The position numbers and the translations under genes were made by a program. From Fonticula alba ATCC 38817 (taxonomy: Eukaryota > Protista > Nucleariida): a DNA stretch of 29,300 nt. The notes under the pieces were generated by a model that was given only the letters and a program-made list of their open reading frames with translations, did no database searches and was not told the origin of the DNA. The stretch lies in the NCBI GenBank assembly GCA_000388065.2, contig KB932201.1. One strand, 5' to 3'. How positions within the stretch are numbered: position 1 is the stretch's first letter; each line of letters starts with the position of its first letter. Of this stretch, positions 1 to 11,621 are shown one piece after another.

Positions 1-16
1 GGGGGGAGGGGCGTAC

Positions 17-353
17 CTTGCCGAGGAGCCAGGCAGCACGATCGGAGGGCTGGGCACCGACAGCAAGCCAGTAGCGGATGCGCTCCTCCTTGAGCATGAC
101 ACGCTTGACACCCTCTGCCGGAGGGTGACGGGGGAAGGGCGGCGGGGGAGGAGGGAGGGTCAGTCTCCGGGGGCAATCGCCGCGTGGGAGGGGCCGGCCA
201 ATGACAAAGCGCACCCTTGTTGGGGACGGGCGAATAGTGACCAATCACTTCAAGGTACTTGCTGCTCAGGCGCGAGTGGCGGTTGGCGCAGACAATGCGA
301 TAGGTCGGCCGGTGGATGACGCCGCGGCGGATGAGGCGAATGCGAAGGCCCAT
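17..353 (-). CDS. MRPS16: Mitochondrial ribosomal protein bS16m (3' end runs off the window)
   Basis: Not in the ORF track. Exon 1 353..215 encodes MGLRIRLIRRGVIHRPTYRIVCANRHSRLSSKYLEVIGHYSPVPNK. Intron 214..115 is GTGCGC..CAG, phase 1. Exon 2 114..17 encodes (E)GVKRVMLKEERIRYWLAVGAQPSDRAAWLLGK, and the next donor GTACGC is at 16. RIRL..G...RP.YRIV and RIRYWL..GAQPS are S16 family motifs. The mitochondrial assignment is inferred from a bacterial-type S16 in an intron-containing gene. Confidence 0.9.
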
Positions 354-3300
354 CTTGGATCGGGTGGCTGGCGAGCGCTCTCGAGGGAGGGGACGCGGGA
401 CGAGAAAAAAAAAAAAGAAGGCGGGGTAGGGGCGACCGGCGCGGGAGACGGCGGGGGTGTCTCTCTCTCTCTCCTAGGCGAGGGGGGAAGGAGGTCTAGG
501 GAAGAAGGGGGGGAGGCGGGGCGGAGAGGGCGGGGGTGCGAGAGGGGAGGGAGGATCTCTGGCGCGATGCTGCTGGGCGTGTGGGCGCCGAATGTGGCGC
601 CTCATCAGGAGGGCAAAAGGGGTTTCACAGCGCCAGATGGCTCGGGGTGAGGTCCACACGCTGCACCGCGCCGGGTGGGTGTCGGACATCCGGGGCGCAT
701 CCCCGAGCGTGTCCCCCAGGACCGTGGGCGCCGGAAAGTGCGGTATAATCGCTTCCGGACCGCTAACAATGGGGCCTGGCTAGAGCAGGCGTGTCGGGGC
801 CCGCTTCACTCGTTGCCGACCCTACCCCCGGGCGAGGCCAATCGCATGGCCTGGCGCTTGTCGTCCCTCCGACTGGGACGCGGGGGCGCGGGGGGGGGGG
901 GGGAGCCCGCGAGTCTGGCACAGGCGGGGAACCGGATCGTGGGCTGCGATGGATCTGATGTCGTCCCCCCGAAACGGCGTTCCATGCTATCCGAGCGCGG
1001 GGTATCACGCCTTCACGGAGATCAGGCGGGTATCTGAGGCGCTCCGGGTTGGCCCGCGGCCAGTTTTCCTTGGGGAAGGCGGGGTTCCTGGGTTCCCCTG
1101 GCGCCAGGGGCGGAGCGGGGGGAGGGGGGCGGCAGAGCTGCAGAGGCCAGAGAGGGGCATACCCAGAGAGAGCGAGAGAGAGAGAGACATAGGGCCAAAG
1201 TACACACCCCCGGCATCATTTCCGCGCGGGAAGTTTGGTGCTCCGCCAGCGCCAGGAACTAGGCCGAGGGTGTCGGGCGAATGTCCCGGACCCGCGGCCG
1301 AGTGGTGGGATGTTCCCGGAAAGGCCGCTGGGACAATCGGGGAGCCGGAGTAGGGTGAGGTTGCATTACGTGTCGCCCTTGCCTCCCTCCGCGCCCCGAG
1401 TCCTTTCCCCGGTGGGACATCTGCATTCACAGGGGAGGGGGGCCGGGGGGGGCGGGGGGGACGGGTCCCGCCCTGTCAGCGAGCGGGTCCCGGACGACCG
1501 TTACATGCGCCGGCTGGGAGGATGCGAGCCTCGCCCCGGAGCGCGGGGCGGCGATATGCCCACTGGCGGGGCCTCCGGACCGAGGGCGCTGTAACTTGGC
1601 GCCTTTGCGTAAAAAGGCGCGGGGGAGGCCCAGCTTGGGATCTTCCCCCCCCCCCCTCCCGTTGGAGCACGCAAAAGCTGCCCCCGGCGCAAAAAAGCGC
1701 CAGGTATCCGGTGGGACGTGGGTTGCTGCCTCCTCTCTGAGTGTGCCCCCTTTCGGGTAACCTCACTGGAGGGCTCTGTAGGGCCGAGAGCGCACATTCC
1801 ACCGAGTGAGCCCGACCTCTCCGGGGGGAGGGGGAGGTGGCCTCACTCCGGGGCGGCCGCCCGCAATCATGGCCCATGCGATCCTTTGCTCCTCCGTCTC
1901 GGGCCGCCCCCGGGGCCGGGAGCGCACCCCGGGGGGGGGGGGAGGGGGATGAAACTCCGAGGCCTGGCGGCGCGGAGGGCGGACAGGGCAGCGACAAGGC
2001 CGGCGGCGAAGGCCATCTGCAGGTGCATTGTCACCGTGCGCCCCGGCGGGGCTCTGCGCATTCCTCCTCCTCCTCCTCCCCCTCCTGAAGCCGGCCCTCG
2101 AGGCGCCGGGGTCCGATGTTCGTGGGCATGCCCAAGTAGCCGCGGGCCGCCGGGGCCGGCCTCATGCTCGCGTTGGGGGGCCGCAGTTTCGATGACGAAA
2201 GGGGTGGGACAAAAAATGGCCGCGAGCAGGCCGTGGCCGTGGAGGAATGTGCTCAGCGCTGCGGGAAATGGACCGGCACCCGCGAGCTGGGGCCGGGGGA
2301 AAAGGTGGTCGAGGGAAGGAGAGCACGGGCACGAAACCGAAAGAGGCGCGCAGAGCCTCTGCAGGGACCGATGCGTTGGTCGAGAATCCCCGCGGTTGGG
2401 CCACACATCTTTGAGGGGCGGGAGGGGGAGGGCGAAGGCCCGCCCCCTTGAGGCCGGGCAGCATGGGGGTCGCGTTCGGCGGTCGCAGGTTGAAGCACTA
2501 GACAGACCCGACGAAAAAGAAGAAGCAGAAGAGAGGCTCCACGGCACCCAACCCGCAGGTACAGCCTCCAAGCACCCGGAGGGGGGGGGGACGCGCACAC
2601 GCGCGCAGCGTCCTGCACCCGGCCTATTGTTATTGTTTACCGCTGCCCTCGGCCCGGTGTGGAGCTCTGGTTTTTCCGACGGAGGCCTGGTCACGCCATC
2701 GCTCCTTGGAGAAATGGATGCGCCCTCGGCCGAGGCAATGGGCTTCGTTCGTCGACGACCCTTGGGGGAGGCGCCAGGACGCCCCCCCCCCCCGCCCCCC
2801 CGTTGGGCTCGAAATTAGGGACCGGCCAGGTGGCTTTCGACTCCAGAGGGGGGAGGGGCCCCCGCCGGCTGGCTCCCAGCCCGCGGCGTGGCTCGGCCCG
2901 TGGTGGTGTGGTTTCATTCCTCCAGACGTAAAGGAGGAGACACCGACTTGCGGCGGACCCCATGCGTTTCTGGCGCGCCCGGGGGACGGGGGGCGGAGCG
3001 GGGGGGGGGGGGCGAGGGGGTTGATCAACCAGGGCGCCGGACCAGGTCGGGGGGGCGAGGGGCACCCTAGGCTTTTTTTCTCCCCAACCAGGGCACACCT
3101 TGCATTGGTGAGAAGCACCCGGCCCGGGCGACAGGCGAGGGAAACCCAGGGCGACGCCATGGTTCTTTGGCCAGCCCTCACACCTGGGAGGAAATGCAGC
3201 TCTCCCACAGAGAGGCGCCGGGGCTCGCCTGAGCCAGGCGACCGAAGGTAAATGAGACCCAGATTGACGACCATTCCCCCCGCCCCCGGCACCCGGCGCC

Positions 3301-3926
3301 CCCCCCCCCCCCCCTCCCTGGGAGAGAGAGCCTGCGGTTTTGGGCGCAGTCTCACAGCGAGCCCGCGAGGGGAGCCGGTGGGAAAGGGATTTTGGGGAGA
3401 CAGTGCCTCGTGCGTGTAGGCCGACCGACTCGGCGTGTCGGAGCTCCGTGGTTGGGCTTCTTTTTCCCTTTGGGCAAATATGGGCCTCCCGGCGCGGGTG
3501 CGTGCGTGTTAGTCAGTATGCACGCGCATCGGAAGGCTCTTTGCCTCCTCCCCGAGGGGAAATGCAAGGGCCCGGTCCGCGGGACCCGCCTGTTGCCCCG
3601 CTTTCGCCCATCGGCTTTGGCAGATTTTTGCCCCGGCATTTGCCCGTCCGCTGGCGACCCCATCCGCAGTCATATTCCTCCCTGCACACACCCCCCCCCC
3701 TCCTTTCCTCGCCCCTTCGCCCGCGCGCTCTCCGCTCGCCTCTTCCTCCCCCCTCCCTCTCCAATCGGTAATCTCCGCGCGTGTAGGATCGCCCTGAGAG
3801 ACCACCTGCCTTCGCTTGCCTCTCCTCCTCCTTCAGGAATATCCACCTGCCCCCCCCCCTTGCATTGGATTACCTCCCCCTGTCGTCGCCCCGACCCCGC
3901 GACGTCTCTTTTTACTACCAGCCACC

Positions 3927-4835
<909 letters not shown>

Positions 4836-5314
4836 TGCGCAATAGCTGCCCTTCATGTGACCTGCTTTGGGTCGTCGCTTTCTTCCTCCCCCCGCTGCTG
4901 CGGTGCATCCCATGCAGAAGGCCGGCACAGAGGACCGGGCGAAGGCAGGGCCACAAATGTGCATGCGCCACCCTGCCCCTGCGCATCTGCTCCTCCCTCC
5001 TCTCTGCCCCATATGCCCTCTCGCGCTTGCCATCGCACGCACGCACGTAGTCCATATCCCCTACACAGATCGGTGATGGGTATGCATACAAGTGCATTCT
5101 CCCCCTCCCTGCTCCCCTCCTCCAGCATTGCTTCCTTGCCTCCCCCCCCCCCCTCCTCTCTCCCTCTTGGCGCCTGTCCCTCTCGCGATCCCCCACCAAC
5201 ACGCGCCGGCCAGCAGCGGGCCATCTACGCTGCAGGTGTGCGCTGTGTGCGTGGGGACCAGGCCGGAGAGAAGGAGCCGGATACATGCGCGGTTTTTTTT
5301 TTGCGCACTGTCCC

Positions 5315-5324
5315 NNNNNNNNNN
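5315..5324. other. Assembly gap (10 N)
   Basis: N run flanked by a duplicated 39-mer and a C run. Confidence 1.
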
Positions 5325-6961
5325 GCCGGATACATGCGCGGTTTTTTTTTTGCGCACTGTCCCCCCCCCCCCCCTCTTCACGCACCACTTCTTTCTATCC
5401 CGCGTGTGTGACCCCACAGAAAACCCGATGAAAACACACAAACTCAATAATATTCAATCCTTGTCTCCTGCAGTGAATTCTGTCACCTGCTCCGGGGAGG
5501 AGGGGGCTGGCTCGGGGCATACTTTCGCACCCAGCCAACTACCCGAAGAGGAGGTGTCGCCCCGACACCCCTCTCGGAGAGGGCACTGGGGCAAGGATGC
5601 CATCTCAAGGACAGCACCGCTGCTGCTGGTGCCCCCGAGAGGGGGACGGCGTGTGATTGTGAGGCCGAAGGCGCACCCCTTTCTCCGCCCAAGCACAGGC
5701 AGATTGCGTGCAGTCGCCTGGCCACCGCCGGGTTGGGAGAAACAGCGCTGCCATCAGGAGGCAGGGTATCCCGGGTAAGGGGGGGGGGCTGCTTTTCGCG
5801 CAACGGAGGAGTAAACACAACCCAGGAAGACACATGCGAGGAGAAGCCGCCGGAGGAAGCACAGCGCTGGTCTTGTGTTGTCGGGTGATCACGTTGTGTT
5901 ATTCAATTAAGTAATTGAGTTAAGAACCGAGGAGCCGCCTCTGTGGCGAGTTGGCCTTGATCTTCCTCTTCCCGGCTTCTCCCCGCTGCGCATCGTGCGG
6001 CCGGGACGCGGCACGCGCGTGGACGCCAGAGTCAGAAGGGGCGGCCCAAAGCCAGACCCCGCGCCCCCCCTGCCCGTGGGCCTGCTGCCATCCACGCAGG
6101 GAAAGTCGGCTGCAAAAAGCCGAAACAGGCCACATCCTGCCTTCTCTCTCTCAAACAGCACCTCCCCCGGTTGCCTCCTGCCCTCCCCAAGCAATCTGAC
6201 AGATATCCACCCCATGCTCACACACAACACACACCGCCACCACGTTGCGAATGCCATGACGACACACAACCATACACACACACAATGCTGCAAGATGGTC
6301 GCCCCTCGAGTCTCCTTCCCCCACAGGCGTGGATGTCCCCCCTTCATCCCATCTCCCTCCCCCTGCTGTCTCAGTCCCGCCGCCCGCCACACCGCCCTCT
6401 CCACAGGCGAACGCATGCAACGACTCTCCTCTCACACCCCGAAAGAGGAGGGGGAGAGAGAGCGAAGTGCACGCGCTGGCGAGGAAAGAGAGCGGCAGTA
6501 CGACACGCGCGCGTATGTGTGTGTGCGTGCACATGGGATTGGCACGCACTCACGCCGGCGGAGTACACGAGGAGGCGGGGACCGATACACACAGAGAGAG
6601 AGAGAGACGGGAAGAGAAGGGGGCCTATGGTGAAGAGGGAAAGCGAGGGAGGACACATTCGGCCGTTCACGACTCCACGCGGCGGAGGGAGAGAGGGGCG
6701 GTGGTCTCGGGTGCGCATGTGTGCGTGCGGTTGGGCGACAATGGCTGCGCGGGTGTGTGGGGGGGAGAGGTGTGGTGTGGAGCGCACACAGAAAAACTTG
6801 GCACCCGCAAATTGAACACTGGTGAACTGCAACCGATACCTGACGCGAAGTCAAGTACCATAGTGTATCAACTACATGTGGGAGCAAAACTTGCAGACGC
6901 AGACGCATGGCAGACCATGCACACACATCACACAAGAGGAGGCCGAGTACACGAGGCACTC

Positions 6962-7490
6962 TTACTCGTTGCTGACGACGGAGGTCTGAGCCTCTGTGGG
7001 GTGGGGTAGTTGAAAGGTGGTATGCAGGACGCGCGCGCGCGCGCACGAGGGGCGAGGGAAGACGAGAGGGGGTCAGCGGGGAAGACGAGAGGAAGCCCGG
7101 CAAAGGACGAGCGGGGAAAAGGGCGGAGAGGAAGAAGCACGCACGAGCACCGCGGTTGGACTTGGTCAGGTTGCCGGGGACGGGGACGAAAGAGGCAACG
7201 GTGTACAGCTTCTCGGTGGCGTTGGCATCGTCGTTGCGGAGGCGGGCAAGGCGGATGCGCATGCGCTTGGGGACGTTGCGGATACCGTTGTTCCAGACGG
7301 CGTTGTTCAGGGACAGGTCGATGCGGACATCGGTGGTACCCATGTGCATGGTGGCGAACTTGCGGATGTGCTTGATGGCGGTGGGGGCGCGCTTCTTGAA
7401 GCTCTTGCCGTGGATGGCCTTGTGCAGGTTGACAGTGTAGTCGCGGGTGACAACCTCGTCGAGGGTCTTGGTGGTGTTCTGCTTGACCAT
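6962..7490 (-). CDS. RPL31: Cytosolic 60S ribosomal protein eL31, about 125 aa
   Basis: Exon 7490..7145 encodes [46 protein letters not shown]...[30 protein letters not shown]...KLYTV. Intron 7144..6994 is GTGCGT..CAG; an alternative in-phase donor lies at 7150. Last exon 6993..6962 encodes AQTSVVSNE*. Confidence 0.95.
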
Positions 7491-7493
7491 TTT

Positions 7494-7666
7494 CTGCTTG
7501 CGCGGCGCGCGGAGGGGGGGGAGGAGGGGAGAGGGGGGAGGAGAGGAGAGCGAGAGAGCCATGTTAGAGGGAGCGGAAGGAGAGGGATACGGTCGGATGC
7601 GAAATGACAACAGCGGCATCCGACTGGAAAACAGGGGGGGGAGCAAAGGTAGGGCCAGACACGCAC
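7494..7666 (-). other. Probable 5'-UTR intron of RPL31
   Basis: GTGCGT donor at 7666, TCTAAC branch-like motif near 7564, C-rich tract, and AAGCAG acceptor ending 3 nt before the ATG. Confidence 0.6.
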
Positions 7667-7688
7667 TGCGAACGTTAAGTCGACAGAG

Positions 7689-7698
7689 TATATAAAAA
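7689..7698 (+). promoter_or_regulatory. TATA-like element (TATATAAAAA) next to the RPL31 5' end
   Basis: Rare AT-rich motif in a high-GC background, about 25 nt from the RPL31 5'-UTR donor. It reads as a canonical TATA box on the + strand. Function is inferred. Confidence 0.3.
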
Positions 7699-8773
7699 CA
7701 AGTCAACAAACGGTGAGAACGCGGCACCGGGATGCGGCGACTCGGCGGTCGCACTTGAGATGCAATCCGCGGTCCGGCTGCCGCGCCCGCGCCCGGCCCC
7801 CCCCCCGGCCTCCCGCCCCCGCGCGCGCACACTCTGCCACCAGCACCCACACCATGCACACACGTACACACAGACAGCGGCAGAGCCCGGATCCACACGC
7901 CCTGCCCCGGGGCAACCGGGGCAAACCTCGGGGCGCGCGGACCCCCGGCCCGCCGGTCCGGGACGTCCGCGTGGGGGGGGGGGGGGCAACACGACCGGGG
8001 GTGTGGGTTAGTGAGCCAGGCCGCCCGGGCGGATAGGCCGAGAAACCTCGCATAAAGGAAGGGGGGGGGGGGGGAACAGGAGGCATCAAGGGGCGGAGAC
8101 CCTGGCTGGCCTGTCGCGGAACGGCGGATCCAAGTTTGGCCTCAAGAGAGCGGGGCGAGGCCAACTCACAAGGAACTGTCCGCACGGGGCAGAGCCGTAG
8201 GCTCCCAACGAAAAGCCGGCATCGGGAGCCGAGCCACAAAAGGGACCTCCCCCCGGAAACATCCGGCCAATAAAAAAAGGCCACTCCTCTCGAAACTTTC
8301 GATGTTCCGACCGGGGGAGGGCCCCGACGACGTTGTTTTTTGGGTCAGTCACGTGTGTGTGCTCACATGTCTCCCGGCCCTGGCCGGGTCAGGCACGGCC
8401 GGCTACGCGACCCTGCATCCTTTCGGCCATATTCTCGCATCTGGACCGGAAAGAGGCCAGATGGAGGAGAAGAAAGGGAGGTTGTTTCTCGAGGGGAGGG
8501 GGGGGGGGGGGGAAACTATTCAGATCTATTGTGGAGGATGTACTACATGCCAAAGGCCAAAGTCCAGCCTTGGGGAAGGGGAGGCGGGGAGGTATATGAA
8601 CGGGAAGGGGGGAGGGGGACAAGGACGGAGGGGAGGGAGGGCACAGAGATGACACACCAACCAGCCCCCCCCCCCCCCTCCCCTTCCCCCACAGACATAT
8701 GGACATGGGGGGGAGGGCGGGGGGAGGGGGGCATGGCGGAGGACAGTAGGGGCGACAGGGGACGCGCATGCAC

Positions 8774-10240
8774 TCACAGGTACTCGTTGGGGTCGATGCC
8801 CACCTTGGGGATCAGCAGCTCGCGGGGGAGCTCCTCAATGCCAGCCTCCTTGAGGACGGCCTCAGTCTGGAAGGTAGGGAAAGCCGGGGCAATCAGGTGC
8901 GCCTTCTTGGCGGCGTCGCGCACGCGCACGTAGGTGGCAGTGGAGCCCGGGACCGCGCCCTTGACATACAGCAGGTTGAGGACGGTGTCCACCTTGAGGA
9001 CCTGGAGGTTGATGGCGGTGACGCGCTTGCCACCCATACGACCGGCCATCTTCTTGTTCTTGAAAATGCGGCCCGGGTCCTGGCAAGCACCGGTACCACC
9101 ATGGCTACGATGGGACTTGGACACACCGTGGGTGGCGGGGTTGCCGCCGAAGTTCCAGCGCTTCATCGGGCCCTGGAAGCCCTTACCAACGCTAATGGGC
9201 GCAAGGGGGAGGGAGGGCACGAGGGAGAGGCAGAGAGGCGCAGGGGAGCGGCGAGAAAAAAAAAGAGGGCACATACGTGTGTGAAGGTCAGGCACTGTGC
9301 TTCCAACCGAAAGTGGTGGCCCAAAGCCAGGCGGGGAGCGTACCTGACCGAGGTCACGTCGATGTACTGACCGGGGTAGAAGTGGGTGGCCTCCAGGACG
9401 TGGCCTTGGCCGGGGAGGGAGCATGCCGGAAGAGCAGACCACAGATCGAGGTATTGCATCATGTTAGTTGGTTGGCTCTCCCCTCCTAATGGCCCCCCCC
9501 CCTCTTTCCCCGTCCTGACATGCGGATGTGTGAGCGCGGAGGGGGGATCGCACCGACAGGCAGCAGCGCCTCCGGGGAGCAGCGGAACTCCCCGGTGACA
9601 TGCTTGCGGGAAATGCCGATGGCGTCGAATTGGCCGCGGCGTGCCTTGTTCCAGCGGGTACCACGCTTGTTGACGGCGCCCACCTTGAGGGCAGTATAGC
9701 CGTGCTTCTCCATGGTCTTGTGCTCAAGGACCTGGACCTCGTTCATGTGGAGAACCGTGGCGCCATGCTGGGTGCCATGCTCATCATAGAGACTGGTCAT
9801 GCCGAGCTTGACAGCGAGGGTGCCGGTGCGGACGAGCCCCTTCTCCCACTTGTTCTGTGGGAATGTTAGCCAAGGGAGGGGGGGGGGGGGACGGGGGGCG
9901 GGCGCGGATGGCGTGATGGCGCAGGGTGGCCAGGGGGGAGAGCCAGGCGGGAGGAGAAACGGACCTGGGTGGTGGCAACCTTGGCCTGGGCACGGATGAT
10001 GTCCGAGGAGATGCCCTCCGAGGTGAGGAAGGGGGACACCTTGACACCGATCTGGAAGAGAGCCTCATCGGTCATCTTACCACGGGAGGAGTAGTGGGCA
10101 ACCGGGGCGGCCCCGGGGGCCGGCTGGGTGGCGGCCGAGAGGTGGCTCATGACAGCCGGGGCGGCGGCCACGGCGGCCGGCCGCGCCGAGAGCACAAGCC
10201 TCGAGCTCAGGGAGGCGGCGAGGGTGGACAGGCGAAGCAT
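8774..10240 (-). CDS. MRPL3: Mitochondrial ribosomal protein uL3m with N-terminal presequence
   Basis: Exons 10240..9965, 9854..9554, 9404..9344 and 9191..8774 are phase-consistent. The N-terminus [23 protein letters not shown] is Arg/Ser/Leu-rich and acid-free, like a targeting peptide. L3 motifs: [77 protein letters not shown]. Confidence 0.93.
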
Positions 10241-11621
10241 CACGTCTCCCTTTGGATTGCGCGAAAGTAGAGCAGAGAACGATGGGTGTCAATTGCCAGG
10301 ACCACCCAAGGAAAGAGGAGATAGGTGAACTGACTTCTTCAGGGGCGGGGCGGGGGAAGGGGGGGGGGGGGGGGAGAGGAGGGAAGGAGAGGGAGAGTGT
10401 TCCTGAACTAAGTTGCCTCCACAGCGGCCAAGGCCGTAGTGGGCCCGGGCCGGGGTCCTTTGTTTAGTGAGGCGTCGAGAATGGAGGCCCCGCGCGATCA
10501 GACCGGCAATCGGCCACCGACGGGGGGAACTCCGAAAGAGGTGGACCGCCGACCCCCCGCTCGGCATTCTACGGGCCTGGCATGTGTGGATGTGCGAAGG
10601 CGTGCAAATGCATGCGCATTCGTTCCGCTTGTCGGACCCCCCCCCCCCCCCTCAGTGGCTCCGGGCATTTTGGAGAGGGGACCCACGGAGGGGGAGGGAC
10701 GAGACGCTGGGGGCCACCAAGCGGCTCAAGTAGGCTGCACTGAACTGGCACATGGACTGAGAACGGGGAAAGGAGTCTTCGTAGAATGTCATTCGGGGAC
10801 ATGGGCGTAACACGAGACACCAGGAAGACGCATGATACAGGGAAAATGTCCGCACAGCAGCCATCAGCTGTTCGGGGTATTAGCAGATTTGGCCCGCGTT
10901 CGAACGGCCTTCCATTGCCGGAGCGAGGGATGCATCCCGCTGGGACCGCGGAAAAATGTCCACAACTCCGCGGTAGCCGCGGTGGGCCGGCCCGACCGGG
11001 TCTGGATGTCGCACTGGAGACCAGGCGCCTTGTCCAAGGGTCTTCTACCCGCGGCCTACACCGAGAATGGTCGAGGGACATATTCTCGGAGATAGTGGCC
11101 GTTCCACTGCTACCGCGCATGTGGCAGCGATTCTATTCTTCCCCTCGCCCTGGATTCCCCTCGCCCGTCTCTTGCCGGCTCGTCCAAAAGTGGGCTGGTG
11201 GTGGCGGTTTCCCGAGCCGAGAAGCTCGACTCTGTTGTGGCTGTTCCTGTGCACCTCTCCCTCCGTCGGGCCTCAGGCGGATGCACCGGCGCGGCCGGTT
11301 GCGGCGCCCGGTCGCTTCAACAGGCACATGACCATCGCCGGGCTCAAATTCCAGCATGAAATGTCGTGACAGATGATCATCCAGCCAGGACCGGCGCCGA
11401 TCCCAATCGAGCCTCGCCGGTCCATTTCTTCGGCGCCCCGCCCCGAGAGTGTGCAGATTTCCTGGCCGTTTCATAGTTCCCGCTTGCCGCCCGCTCCGCC
11501 CACCATTCTCTCGCCCCTCGCGTCGCCTTCCCCCCCCCTCTCTCTCCAGGTGCACCGGCGCGTGGAGAAACACCATCCCCCTCGCCCCCCCCCCGCTCCC
11601 CCCCCCATCGGCCTAGTCAGC

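Noticed and set aside
3768-3921. Possible 5'-UTR intron of ARF6 (GTAATC...CCAG before GCCACCATG)
   Set aside because: The acceptor looks plausible, but no candidate donor has the +5 G that is invariant in this window.
5276-5363. Exact 39-nt direct repeat (GCCGGATACATGCGCGG-T10-GCGCACTGTCCC) containing a small GCGC/T-run/GCGC hairpin
   Set aside because: The two copies sit directly either side of a 10-N gap, the typical sign of unmerged overlapping contig ends. It is probably a single copy.
7721-7784. tRNA-like fold with a 7-nt CTTGAGA loop
   Set aside because: No TTCRA T-loop, no D-loop GG in the correct position, and the stems do not fit a cloverleaf.
8405-8490. TLHPFGHILASGP on the + strand as a candidate displaced ADI exon
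   Set aside because: Only a superficial LHP.G match. It lacks the downstream H..F...L pattern and has no phase-compatible splice sites.
8772-8777. GTGAGT overlapping the MRPL3 stop (similar GTGAGC at the ADI stop and GTGAAT at the Misato stop), suggesting hidden terminal introns
   Set aside because: None of the 29 placed donors has +4A, each protein ends at a plausible length, and G followed by TGA is expected often in a GC-rich genome. RNA-seq could still overturn this.
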